64,000 nt of DNA from Felis catus. Lineage: Eukaryota. The position numbers and the translations under genes were made by a program. The stretch is from positions 42,720,001 to 42,784,000 of the forward strand of contig NC_058368.1 of NCBI RefSeq assembly GCF_018350175.1. Direction: 5' to 3'. Below are positions 13,264-24,130 of this stretch, piece after piece. Within the stretch, counting starts at the first letter, position 1; each line of letters begins with the position of its first letter. The notes below the pieces were generated by a model that saw only the letters and a program-made list of their open reading frames with translations, was not told the DNA's origin and did no database searches.

Positions 13264-13549
13264 ATCTACCCCTTGTTTTCTTCTAATTCTGGAAAAAAAG
13301 CAAAAAAGAATAAATACAATTTTACTACTTAATAAGTAGTTAAACACACATGTATGTATTTTACCTGGCAGCTATAAGTGTTACACATTTTATTATCAGA
13401 AAAATGGTTATATTTTCATTATAATGTTCTTTAAATATAATTTTGGCAAATACATGCATATTTACCCTGTACAATGGCATTTAAAGTATAATTTTGACTT
13501 AAAATTAAAGGTATAGTCACAAATAACTGGTATAAAATAGTGTTAAATT

Positions 13550-13773
13550 GGGGCGCCTGGGTGGCTCAGTCAGTTGGGCGACCGACTTTGGCTCAGGTCA
13601 TGATCTCACAGTCTGTGAGTTCGAGCCCCGCATCGGGCTCTGTGCTGACAGCTCAGAGCCTGGAGCCTGTTTCAGATTCTGTGTCTCCGTCTCTCTCTGA
13701 CCCTCCCCCGTTCATGCTCTCTCTGTCTCAAAAATAAACATTAAAAAAAATTTTTTTTAATAAAAAATAAAAA
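13550..13773 (+). mobile_element. Felid Can-SINE
   Basis: ggggcgcctgggtggctcagtc head; TSD ataaaatagtgttaaat at 13532-13548 and 13774-13790. Confidence 0.95.
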
Positions 13774-14723
13774 ATAAAATAGTGTTAAATGTAAAATCTA
13801 TTCTCACCAAAACCAATCTAGTTTTCCTCTCTATTTTAAAATCTGGAGATAAAAGAGTAGATCAGAATGAAAATTCTATGTAGTTTATATTATTTATGAT
13901 GATGTTGAGAATGTCATTTTCACAGACATGAAGATTTACATATTTTCTGTGGTTTTAAGAAAGTCTGTAATAATGGTGTATTGAATTCTACAAGTTAGAA
14001 AATTGTCAGTAACATGAAGGCTTGAGCCCCAAATTATCTAATGTAGTGATATCCAATATTAATATACATATAAACATTGGCATATGGAGTTCTTTTAAAA
14101 AACAGTCATCAATGGAACCCACAGAAAGTCTAACATATGTATTTAGATACCACAAAATTCAGCAGTTTTATGAAATATTAATGTAGTTTTGCAAGTCATT
14201 TTAAAATTCAGTGATTAATAATTGATTAGTCTATAAAACAGATGTATTGTACAACATCAACACTATATCAAATTTACTTGAAAAATTAAATTTGACCTAA
14301 CTTCCCACTTTTTTTAATAAAAAGGGAAGAACAATTAAAGTACTCCTTTTTTTATCCACAGCATTCTGAAACCTAAGTGCTCTCTACTCATTCTCCTGTT
14401 CCTTAGTAAAACCTAAAGCAGCATCGAGACATTTTAGAGAAAAATCAATATTACAAGAATATACTCCAAATTTAAAGAAAATATGTGATAAACTCTAAAC
14501 AATAAATCATTTTTAACTAGTAAACATACAACGAGGCAAATAAAATACATGAGAAAGGGAATCAGCAAACTTTCTAGCTTGCCAGTTGCTTCAAAGGTAG
14601 TTCTATGGTCACTCTAATCAATATCCAAAAAGTTATCTTCAAATCCACAGCTAACATTAATTTTATGTTTTTTTCCTCCCTAGAATTCAGACAAACCTAA
14701 AAGCATTAATAGTATTAATTTTT

Positions 14724-14901
14724 TTTCTTTTTTTAGAGAGAGAGAGCGAGAGCACAGGAGAGGGGTAGAAGGAGAGAGAGAGAATCCCAATCAAGCTCCA
14801 CACTCAGCATGAAGCCCAACGCGGGGCTCGTTCCGAAAACCATGGGATCATGACCTGAGCAGAAATCAAGAGTTGGATGCTCTGAGCCACCCAGGCGCCC
14901 C
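14724..14901 (-). mobile_element. Can-SINE (older subfamily)
   Basis: Ends ctgagccacccaggcgcccc; (GA)n tract; short TSD ttaattttt at 14715-14723 and 14902-14910. Confidence 0.9.
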
Positions 14902-14910
14902 TTAATTTTT

Positions 14911-16777
14911 TTTAATTTTTTAATTTAAATTTTTTAATTTTAATTTTTTTCTTTGTTTTTTTTTCTATAATTTATTTATTTTTTATAATTTACATCCAAG
15001 TTAGTTAGCACATGGTACAACAATGATTTCAGGAGTAGATTCCTTAAGCCCCTTACCCATTTAGCCCATCCTCCCTTCCACAGCCCCTCCAGCAACCCTC
15101 TGTTTGTTCTCTATATTTAAGAGTCTCTTATGTTTTGTCCCCTCCCTGTTTTCATATTATGAAATATGATTCATATTTGTCCCCTCCCTTCCCTTATGTT
15201 CATCTGTTTTGTATCGTTAAGTCCTCATATGAATGAAGTCATATGATATTTGTCTTTGTCTGACTAATTTCACTTAGCATAATACCCTCTAGTTCCAACC
15301 ATGTAGTTGCAAATGGCAAGATTTCTTTCTTTTTGATTGCTGAGTAATCCTCCATTGTATATATATACCACACCTCCTTTATCCATTCATCCATCAATGT
15401 GCAATTGGACTCTTTCCATACTTTGGCTATTGTTGATAGTGTTGCTAGAAACATTGGGGTGCATGAGTCCCTTAGAAATGGCATACCTGTCTCCCTTGGA
15501 TAAATACCTAGTAGTGCAATTGCTGAGTCTTATGATATTTCCATTTTTAATTTTTTTGAGGAGGCTCTATACTATTTTCCAGAGTGGCTGAACCAATTTG
15601 CATTCCCACCAGTTGTGCAAAAGAGATCCTCTTTCTCTGCATCTTCACCAATATCTGTTGCCTGAGTTGTTAATATTAGCCATTCTGACAGGTGTGAGGT
15701 GGTATCTCAATGTGGTTTTGATTTGTATTTCCTGGATGATGAGTGACAAACATTTTTTCATGTGTCTATCTGAATGTCTTCTTTGGAGAAGTGTCTATTA
15801 CTGTCTTGTCCATTTCTTCCCTGGATTATTTGTTTTTTTGGGTGTTGAGTTTGGTAAATTCTCTATAGATTTTGCTCACTCTTCGCAGATGACATGATAC
15901 TCTATATGGAAAACCCGAAAGTTTCCACCACAAAACTGCTAGGACTGATCCATGAATTCAGCAAAGTCACAGGATATAAAATCAATGCACAGAAATTGGT
16001 TGCATTCCTATACACCAATAATGAAGCAACAGAAAGAGAAATCAAGGAATCAATCCCATTTACAATTGCACCAAAAACCATAAAATACCTAGGAATAAAT
16101 CTAACCGAAGAGGTAAAAAATGTATACACTGAAAACTATAGAAAAATTATGAAAGAGATTGAAGATGACACAAAAAAAGGAAAAGTATTCCATGCTCCTG
16201 GATAGGAAGAACAAATATTGTTAAAATGTCAATACTACCCAAAGCAATCTACACATATAATGCAATACCTATCAAAATAACACCAGCATTCTTCACAGAG
16301 CTAGAACAAACAATCTTAAAATTTGTATGGAACCAGAAAAGATGCCAAATAGCCAAAGCAGTCTTGAAAAAGAAAACTAAAGTTGGAGGCATCACAACTC
16401 CGGACTTCAAGATGTATTACAAAGCTGTAATCATCAAAACAGTATGGTACTGGCACAAAAACAGACACTCAGATCAATGGAACAGACTAGAGAACCCAGA
16501 AATGGACCCATCAGTGTATGTCCAACTAATCTTTGACAAAGCAGGAAAGAATACCCACTGGAAAAAAGACAGTCTCTTCAGCAAATGTTGCTGGGAAAAC
16601 TGGACAGCAACATGCAGAAAAATGAACCTGGACCACTTTCTTACACCATACACAAAAATAAACTCAAAATGGATGAAAGACCTAAATGTAAGACAGGAAC
16701 CCATCCAAATCCTCGAGGAGAAAGCAGGCAAAAACCTCTTTGATCTTGCCCTCAGCAACTTCTTACTCAACACTCCT
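14911..16777 (-). mobile_element. 5'-truncated L1 with 5' inversion (3' part on - strand 14911-15874; inverted ORF2 part on + strand 15875-16777)
   Basis: Minus part encodes the ORF2 C-terminus and 3' UTR (ORF 15239-15484); plus part starts at [10 protein letters not shown] (ORFs 15894-16205, 16226-16789); TSD cttaattttt at 14901-14910 and 16778-16787. Confidence 0.9.
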
Positions 16778-17197
16778 CTTAATTTTTAATTTCATAAGGA
16801 TGAAGAAGGAAATGCATCTGGAGAGAATTAAGGCTCAAAAGTCAAGGACAGTCTAAAAAACCTCATAAGTTTTTGCAATAAAGATTAGGTTAAATATGGA
16901 AGATGTGCCAAAACATTTTATGACACTGGCAGAGGGAATGTACCTGCTTTATTAGCCAAACCAAACCAAATCAAATCTCTTTCCTTTCCCCCCCCCCTCC
17001 CTACCCCATCTGTCCCTGTCTCTGCCTCTGTGTCTCATGTGTGTGTATGGTGGGGGAGGGGACATCAGTTATCTACCATTCCTTTACCACTTTTACATGT
17101 TCAGGTTGACTTTTACCCCATTTTTTATTATGAAATAGTTGTAAATAAAAAGTGTTAGATAAATGTGTAAATTATAAAGTAAAAAAATAAATAATTA

Positions 17198-17409
17198 GGG
17201 GCGCCTGGGTGGCTCAGTCGGTTGAGCGTCCGACTTCGGCTCAGGTCATGATCTCATGGTCCGTGAGCTCGAGCCCCACATCGGGCTCTGTGCTGACAGC
17301 TCAGAGTCTGGAGTCTGATTTGGATTCTGTGTCTCCCTCTCTCTCTGACCCTCCCCCGTTCATGCTCTGTCTCTCTCTGTCTCAAAAATAAATAAACGTT
17401 AAAAAAATT
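17198..17409 (+). mobile_element. Felid Can-SINE
   Basis: Full length; TSD aaaaaaataaataatta at 17181-17197 and 17410-17426. Confidence 0.95.
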
Positions 17410-17619
17410 AAAAAAATAAATAATTAAAGATCTATGAACTCACTCTCCATTTAAAGAAGGGGAACATTTCCAATATTTTTGTAGGTTTTTACCATTCTAT
17501 CTTTTTGCTTTTATTTCAGAAAAAGAGAAAACACACACACAAATTTCCAAATTAGTTTGTTTTATCATGCTCTTTGTTTTTGTAATATATTTATTATTTA
17601 TGTATATACCATATTTTAA

Positions 17620-18160
17620 AACATTTGCAGTTTTTGCTTTGCCTTACAGTATGTTTTCATATATACATTTTTATTTTTACAATTTTGATGTCCATTGGTA
17701 TAATACAATGTTTCCAGTTGTATGACATTAAAAACTACACTTCCATGGTGTTCTTTTTCATGTTTCTTGGGACAAAGGTACAAGGTTTACTTGTTTACAT
17801 GAGGTCATTAAAGTATTTTCTCGACCGATTATAATGGTTTTGACTCACAAGCAGTGTATGAGAGTGAGCAGAAGTGTGCAAGCATTTCATATTCTTACAG
17901 ATTTGAATTCTTGCTAAATTAATGGTACAGAATATTCTTTCATTGTAGTGTCAATTATGAATTTTGTGTTATCTAAGGCTGAGCATATTTTTACATATTT
18001 ATTGACCGTTTGTGTTATGATATATTTGTTTATAACTCTTACCCATTTCTCCATTAGGTTGTATTTTTCTTATTAGTTTTTGGTATCTTTTTCCTGTCAA
18101 CTCATTCTTGTTGATTAGATATGAAGCAAATATATTCTCCCAATGCGTGGGTTATTATCA
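17620..18160 (-). mobile_element. Ancient L1 (L1M-type) remnant
   Basis: ctcacaagcagtgtatgagagtg, aaggctgagcatatttttacatatttattgacc, acccatttctccattaggttg are typical antisense old-L1 ORF2 3' phrases. Confidence 0.55.
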
Positions 18161-18179
18161 TGGTGCCCACCTTACTTTT

Positions 18180-18396
18180 TTTTTTTAACTTTTTAATGTT
18201 TATTTATTTTTGAGAGAGAAAGAGAGACAGAGCTTGAGTGGGGTAGGGCAGAGAAAGAGGGAGACACAGAATCTGAAGCAGGCTCCATACTGTGAACTGT
18301 CAACACAGAGTGGGACGCGGGGCTAAAACTCATGCCCTGAGATCATGACCTGAGCCAAAGTCCAACACTTAACTGACTGAGCCACCCAGATGCCCC
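18180..18396 (-). mobile_element. Can-SINE
   Basis: Full length, diverged; TSD cttactttt at 18171-18179 and 18400-18408. Confidence 0.9.
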
Positions 18397-18424
18397 ACAC
18401 TTACTTTTAAAATAAGTCCCAAAA

Positions 18425-18535
18425 GGGGTGCCTGACTGGCTCAGTTGGTAGAGCATGAAACTCTTGATCTTGTGGTCATGAGTTCAAGCCCCACATTGGG
18501 TAGAGAGCCTACTTAGAAAAGTAAATAAAATAAAA
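18425..18535 (+). mobile_element. Short tRNA-like Can-SINE lacking the CT tract (SINEC_old-like)
   Basis: A box tggctcagttggtagagc, B box gagttcaagcccc, then gagcctactt and an A-rich tail. Confidence 0.8.
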
Positions 18536-19255
18536 TGCAAAAAAACCAGTATATAATAAACCATGATGACAGAGACCACAATGACTAAATGAAAATTCTT
18601 GTTCTTAAAATTCCTGAGGACTTTGACAGTTCAAAGCAGCACAAGTCAGATTATTGAACAATTTAACTGGAGTGAATATGAAAGACATTGTCCTCACTTT
18701 GTGCTGGTCACTTGAGCACCATAGATTATGGGGATGGACACAAAGATCTAAACTTCAGTTTAAAATATCGATTCCTGATATGCAGCAGAAGGGGGAAAAC
18801 TTGAATTATTTAGAGTATATTACACTATATTATATTAATATTGTATAAATTATTACAGTCAAAAAGAGTATGAGAAAGAGAAAAAGGAGACATTTCAAGA
18901 CTAAAACTATCTACCGATTTCTAGAACTGTCAGGAAAATTTAATTATAACAAGGCTATATTTCATGCAAAATGGATGAATGTTTCAATTAGAATATTTAT
19001 CTATCAGTTATGCTGGTCCTGTTATTGTCCCGAGAGTATTAGAGCAGGAAAAATGATTGCAAATTATAATTACAAAATTCAGATAAATTCAACGGAAGGG
19101 TTTCACAACCCTTGGTGACAAATACATATGAAATATTTAGGTTTCTCTGGATTATGGTAACAGCTTTGTCAATTTTAGCTGCTTGTACTAGTTTCAAAAT
19201 CCCACAATCAAAATGAAGTGATATTCAGTGTGTTTTAGAGAGACTCACATATCAA

Positions 19256-19773
19256 TGTTGGAAGACAATTCTCCATGACATTTCTGCACATGTATCAGCT
19301 TTTGTCCCGAACTCAACTCAAAGGATGTTTTGTATAGCAAACAACCTTGGAAAATTCAAATAGTGTTTCCCTTCAATGTTGTAGACAGGTTTTTTTGAAG
19401 ACCAGTTTAAAAGAGAATGTCTCCCTTCAGGAAAAGTGTGGACAAGTTTGCTAGTGGCTCCTTTTAAAAGACTGGGGGTTCCTAAGCTCAGAGTTCTTTA
19501 GCTGTGACACTAAAAAAATGATATAACATCCACCTAAACCCAACTCTGCTTCAATTCAACTCGGTGGAATCTAGGGTGGGGGATGGGGGAGGGAGCTGGG
19601 GCGAGGGGAACTGATACACTGTCTCCTGTGTAGTGTGGAATAAAATAATAATGTCCTTTGTTTCAGACGCAGGAGTCTCACATCTTCTGACAGCATCTAT
19701 GAAAGTGTGATAGACTAATACTATGTTAGTTTGCAAAAAGGGTAATACCTCAGACTTTGCACAGTCCTTGAAA
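19256..19773 (+). mobile_element. ERV solo LTR (family not assigned)
   Basis: Begins tgttggaagacaattctccatg; internal AATAAA (~19639) followed by gtcctttgt.tc.gac.caggagtctc; ends cagtccttga. Confidence 0.65.
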
Positions 19774-22700
19774 TATATAAAAAAATGCTTCTTTCACTAT
19801 CATTTCTTGCACACTTTTGTAGCTACCACTACTGCTCATTCTAACTGAACTTCCTAATGTTTCCCCCAATGACAGAATGGCTTAGAATTCTTGCAGAACT
19901 AGAGAAAAAGTTATCCCAAGTGTGAATGTTTCTCAGTTATCTTATACCAGTTTCTTTCAAATTTGCTGTGGTAGTGAATCTTCAAAACCAAAGAGTAGAA
20001 TTTTCTGAGATGGCTGCCATGGTGAAGAGAATTGCAACCTGGCTCTGACCACTTAGCATTAACTGAAACCAAGAAAGTTACTGTTAACATCTTGTACACA
20101 GGATGTTGAATCTACTATAAAAATTTTAAGCGGGCAAACATAAATCCTAAAATGTATCGAGTTTAACTGCGGGAAATGCGAGATTTCTAGTTCATATTCC
20201 TGTGTACCTTAAACAAGAAATAAGGAGATTCCAAGGAAACCTTTTTGCTTTTTACTTTTGCTTTGGTAAGAGGCACATAAAAAGTTCTTAAATATTATAA
20301 ATAATCCAAGCTACATAATGTACAATAAAAGAGGTTTAATTATGGATGTGAATTATATTTTCTATTTAGTTTCTCAACGTGACTGCATGCTCATGCAGGA
20401 TGTTGTGAAAGGGATTTCCCATAGATGGCACATGCAACTCTAAGACTCAATGATTTCACAACTTTTAGGAATTTTAAAAATCCCCACAAGTATTTCTAAT
20501 TATATATTTTTCCTAACAATCTAATTGCAAGTTTATAGTTTACACATCACTACATTAATCCTACTCATGGAATCATCTTGTATTTAATGTGCCACAAGGG
20601 TCTCCAGTTTCATCCCTTACATAAGCTAAAAAGAAAGCAAGTTTTAAGGTATACTGGGACATTTCAGGTATTATATACATTTGGGTTTATAAAAATTCCT
20701 CAACACTCGTGTGTTCAGAAAGCTTAACTCATGCAAATAAAGCCTACAACCCAGAAATGCATATATATTTACCCAATCTTTGTGTCCTTTAATTGTAAAA
20801 ACTAAGTTGATTCCTTCTCTTCAAGAAACAGTTTTTCAGAGGCCTATGGATTTTTTTATAATGACATTTCTTGAAGAAACCTCTGACCTCATTTTTTTTT
20901 ATTTAGGTTTTAAAAAATCTCATATATATTATAACTCAAAGTTAATAATATTAAGGCTAACAAATGCATTATATACTAAAATTTCAAAGATAGGAAACAT
21001 CGGTCTGAAAATGCACCTCTGTGTCTTAGTAACAGAAAACCTGGGCAATTACTTGTAAGAGAAAGTTAATGAATGCATAATCCAAAGTATGCAAGCTAAG
21101 ATGTTTCCCTGTCAATAAAACAACTGAAATATTTGATTCATACCATAATTCTAGTTCAGTCTATGGCAACAAAAGAAAATCTCTGGCTTAAACTAAGTAA
21201 GTTAAATTGCTTTAATCTATCATTTCTTGTGGATGTTCATTATAATGTTGGACTCAGTGGAAAACCTATCTAGTTTATTCTAGAAAGATAGAGAGAGCAA
21301 GAGATAGAGACGGGCAGAAAGAGAAAAAGGGAGAGAACTAAAGAGAAGGAAAAAAATGAAAAAGTAGTGGCTTGTAGCAATGATGAAAAACATGTTTTAG
21401 GTGGTAAAATGAGATGCATGCAAATGACAAGCTAGCTCTCTGTACCCTGAAAACATTCAATTCTGAGTGACCTGTGGCCATAAATTACCAGCATGAAGCT
21501 TCAGATCCTAGTCCTGTAATTTCATCAAGATCAACAAGATGCAATCTTGAAAACTGTTTGCATGGTGTGAGGACGAATTGATGCCCTTGTTCTCTCAGAC
21601 AGCTGAGTTTGATGCACAAGAGTCTGACTACTTTTCTGTCTCTCTGTAGCCGTATATGGCCATTGTAAATAATTAAGTAGAAATTTGTTACCCTTTTGTC
21701 AAATGTATTTCTGATGTTGCTCTTCCTAGCTTCCATTAAGGAATCCCTTGATTAAATTTTAAAGTCTTAAACAATTTGAGAGTCTGAGAGCATTGGATAC
21801 AAACTACAATTTGAATGTTTTGCAGGGGAAAGTCATATTCTCTTTGGGAGTAGGAAAAATAATGTCAGATATTTAGTATGCAGCCCATGATTCCTTTTCA
21901 AGGCACGATATTACGGATTTGATTACCAAGCCTGTAGCTGATTCTTGTGGGTCATTTATTTTCCCAAATCCTTTTTTTGTAGATACTTATAATATATTGC
22001 TCAAAATGTTTGAAAATATTTTAATTTAAGCAAAATATGCTTGTAACTAAAAATTTAAACTCCTAATCACTTAACATAATACAATAAAAAGAAAACACTA
22101 AACAAATGCTATTTACAAAAATAAACTTAAAACCCATAATTCCTCTTTATACTTTATAACATTCTAAAATAGTTTTTAGGAAAGAAACCAAAACAAGGAG
22201 TAAAGGAGCTAAATGGTGAAATATAATTTTTCTGATTTATGCTTTAGAAAATATGAATAACTTTAATTTTTAATCATATTCTTAAAATGTATGAATTCAA
22301 AACAGATTGGTATGAATATGCGGCACTTGTGGGGGTATACCATAATTATTATATATAGTTTGGAAAAAATAAAACAACCTTTAAATCCAGAACACATATA
22401 ATTTAAAAACAAAATATGGCATTAATTTTCTATTATAATGAAAAGAAGCAGAACATGTTACCTTTTGTGAGGCGTCATAATGAAATGTTTTCTGCAGATT
22501 TTTCCTTTCTTTTAATGCAGGTGAATGTTATAAGCCTTTATTTCTCCTCTCTGTATACCATTTCCTCTTTTGCTTCAATAAAATGGTTGAAAATGAAACA
22601 TATTTATAGTATTTAGAATTACTCTCCCCAGGGACTTTATTTCTGTGGTGATGTTATTTCCTTAACAACTCATCTTCTTTTTGACCCTTGTACCCATTAC

Positions 22701-23194
22701 ATTTACATACTATTAGTGTCTCTTTCATTTTGGGATAAGAAAATTAGAAATCTTAGGATTCTTTATTTATTTAGGAAAATTCTCTACAGGTTTGAGTTAT
22801 GTTTTGTATATTATAAACCCTGACTCTAAACAGAAAGTGCTAAAAATTAAAAATGCACCTCTTTGATCATACTGTCTTTCCTCCACCCCTACTCCCAATC
22901 TCTGCCTTTCATGAACTCTATAGAATTCATGTTCATGCTTCACTATTTTTATGTTTCACCTCCTGTTAGGTCTTGACTGCTGAAACCTGACTATGTAAAC
23001 CAAGTTTAATTATAGGAGCTGTTGATCCAACGACAGAAGCCAGCATAGCCTGCCACTTCCTCTCCTCCTCCTCTTTTTTCAGGGGCACCGTCTCCCCACA
23101 TTCTGGTTGTGGCCCCTGCTGGCATCTCTCCCATGGAATTGCTCTCTCCTAGCGTTACTTCATGTTCTGAAACAGAAAGAAGTGAATAGCCTTC

Positions 23195-23254
23195 TGTAAC
23201 TGGAATCTTTTGTAACTGGTTTCTTTTGTAACTGGTTTGTAACTGGAATCTTTT
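23195..23254. repeat. Short tandem repeat, 4 x TGTAACTGG(aa/tt)tcttt
   Basis: Units start at 23195, 23211, 23227 and 23238. Confidence 0.9.
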
Positions 23255-23357
23255 ACTCACATATTCGATGAGTCAATTATTACAACTTGTTTCCTCATTA
23301 AAAAAAAAAAAACAAACAGAATGGTAATTTGTGCTTTGCAGATTGGTTTTGAGAACT

Positions 23358-23359
<2 letters not shown>

Positions 23360-23393
<34 letters not shown>

Positions 23394-23492
23394 CACATAT
23401 ATATGTGTGTGTGTATATATATACATATATATGCACACATATATATGTATATATATATATAATACACACACATATGTACATATATGTATATT
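23360..23492. repeat. Compound (TA)/(CA)/(TG) microsatellite
   Basis: Direct read. Confidence 0.9.
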
Positions 23493-23669
23493 TTATATAA
23501 GTTAGCAGGATTCTGATACATAATGGGCTATCAATAAATGGTTAATGTCTTTTGTTACACTCATTAAAATATTAGTCCCAGACTTACAGGTGGAAGGGGT
23601 ACTACGGTTTTGACTTGGTTATAAGCCAACTCATCAATTTTAAAGTTTTAGGCAGAAGGGTGGGTCACT

Positions 23670-23848
23670 GAAGTGGTTTAAAACATTGAAATTACTGGCC
23701 TGGAGAAGAGAATGTTTAAAAAATATTGATATATGGGTTCTTCCTCCACCGACTCTGATATAATTGACCAGGATTGTGGCCTTGGCTTTGTGAATTTGAA
23801 AAACTCTCTGAATGATTCTACTGTGCAACCAAGGTTGGGAACCAGTGG
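23670..23848. mobile_element. MER5-like hAT MITE
   Basis: gactctgatataattg..., ctgaatgattctactgtgcaaccaaggttgggaaccagtg terminus. Confidence 0.7.
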
Positions 23849-23915
23849 TGTCATGTGCCATGGGTCTCTGGTGTATTTTTACTTTAACAGGAGCTTCATG
23901 AGTTACAAAGTTCTG

Positions 23916-24130
23916 CAGTGGTTCCTAAGCCCGGGGGGGGGGTTCCTAAACCGGGGGGTTCCTAGGCCGGGGGGGTTCCTAAGCCCCCCCAATATAACCT
24001 GGTTATATTTGGAAATGTTTATATATAGTTTTGTTTTTCATAGTGATTGAAGGTGTCACTATCTTTTACATGGGGATCAAAGGATGTGAACTATCTCTCC
24101 ACGAGGAAGAGTCATTGCCTCTCACCCACA
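23916..24130 (+). mobile_element. MER20-like hAT MITE with a tandemly amplified 5' end
   Basis: cagtggttc start, then atatttggaaatgt, ttttgtttttcatagtgattg..ggtgtcacta..., aaggatg collinear with MER20 as recalled. Confidence 0.5.

Noticed and set aside
18425..18500. Apparent tRNA-Lys-like gene
   Set aside because: Has a SINE head (ggggtgcctg), SINE 3' gagcctactt plus A tail, and an imperfect cloverleaf, so it is a short Can-SINE
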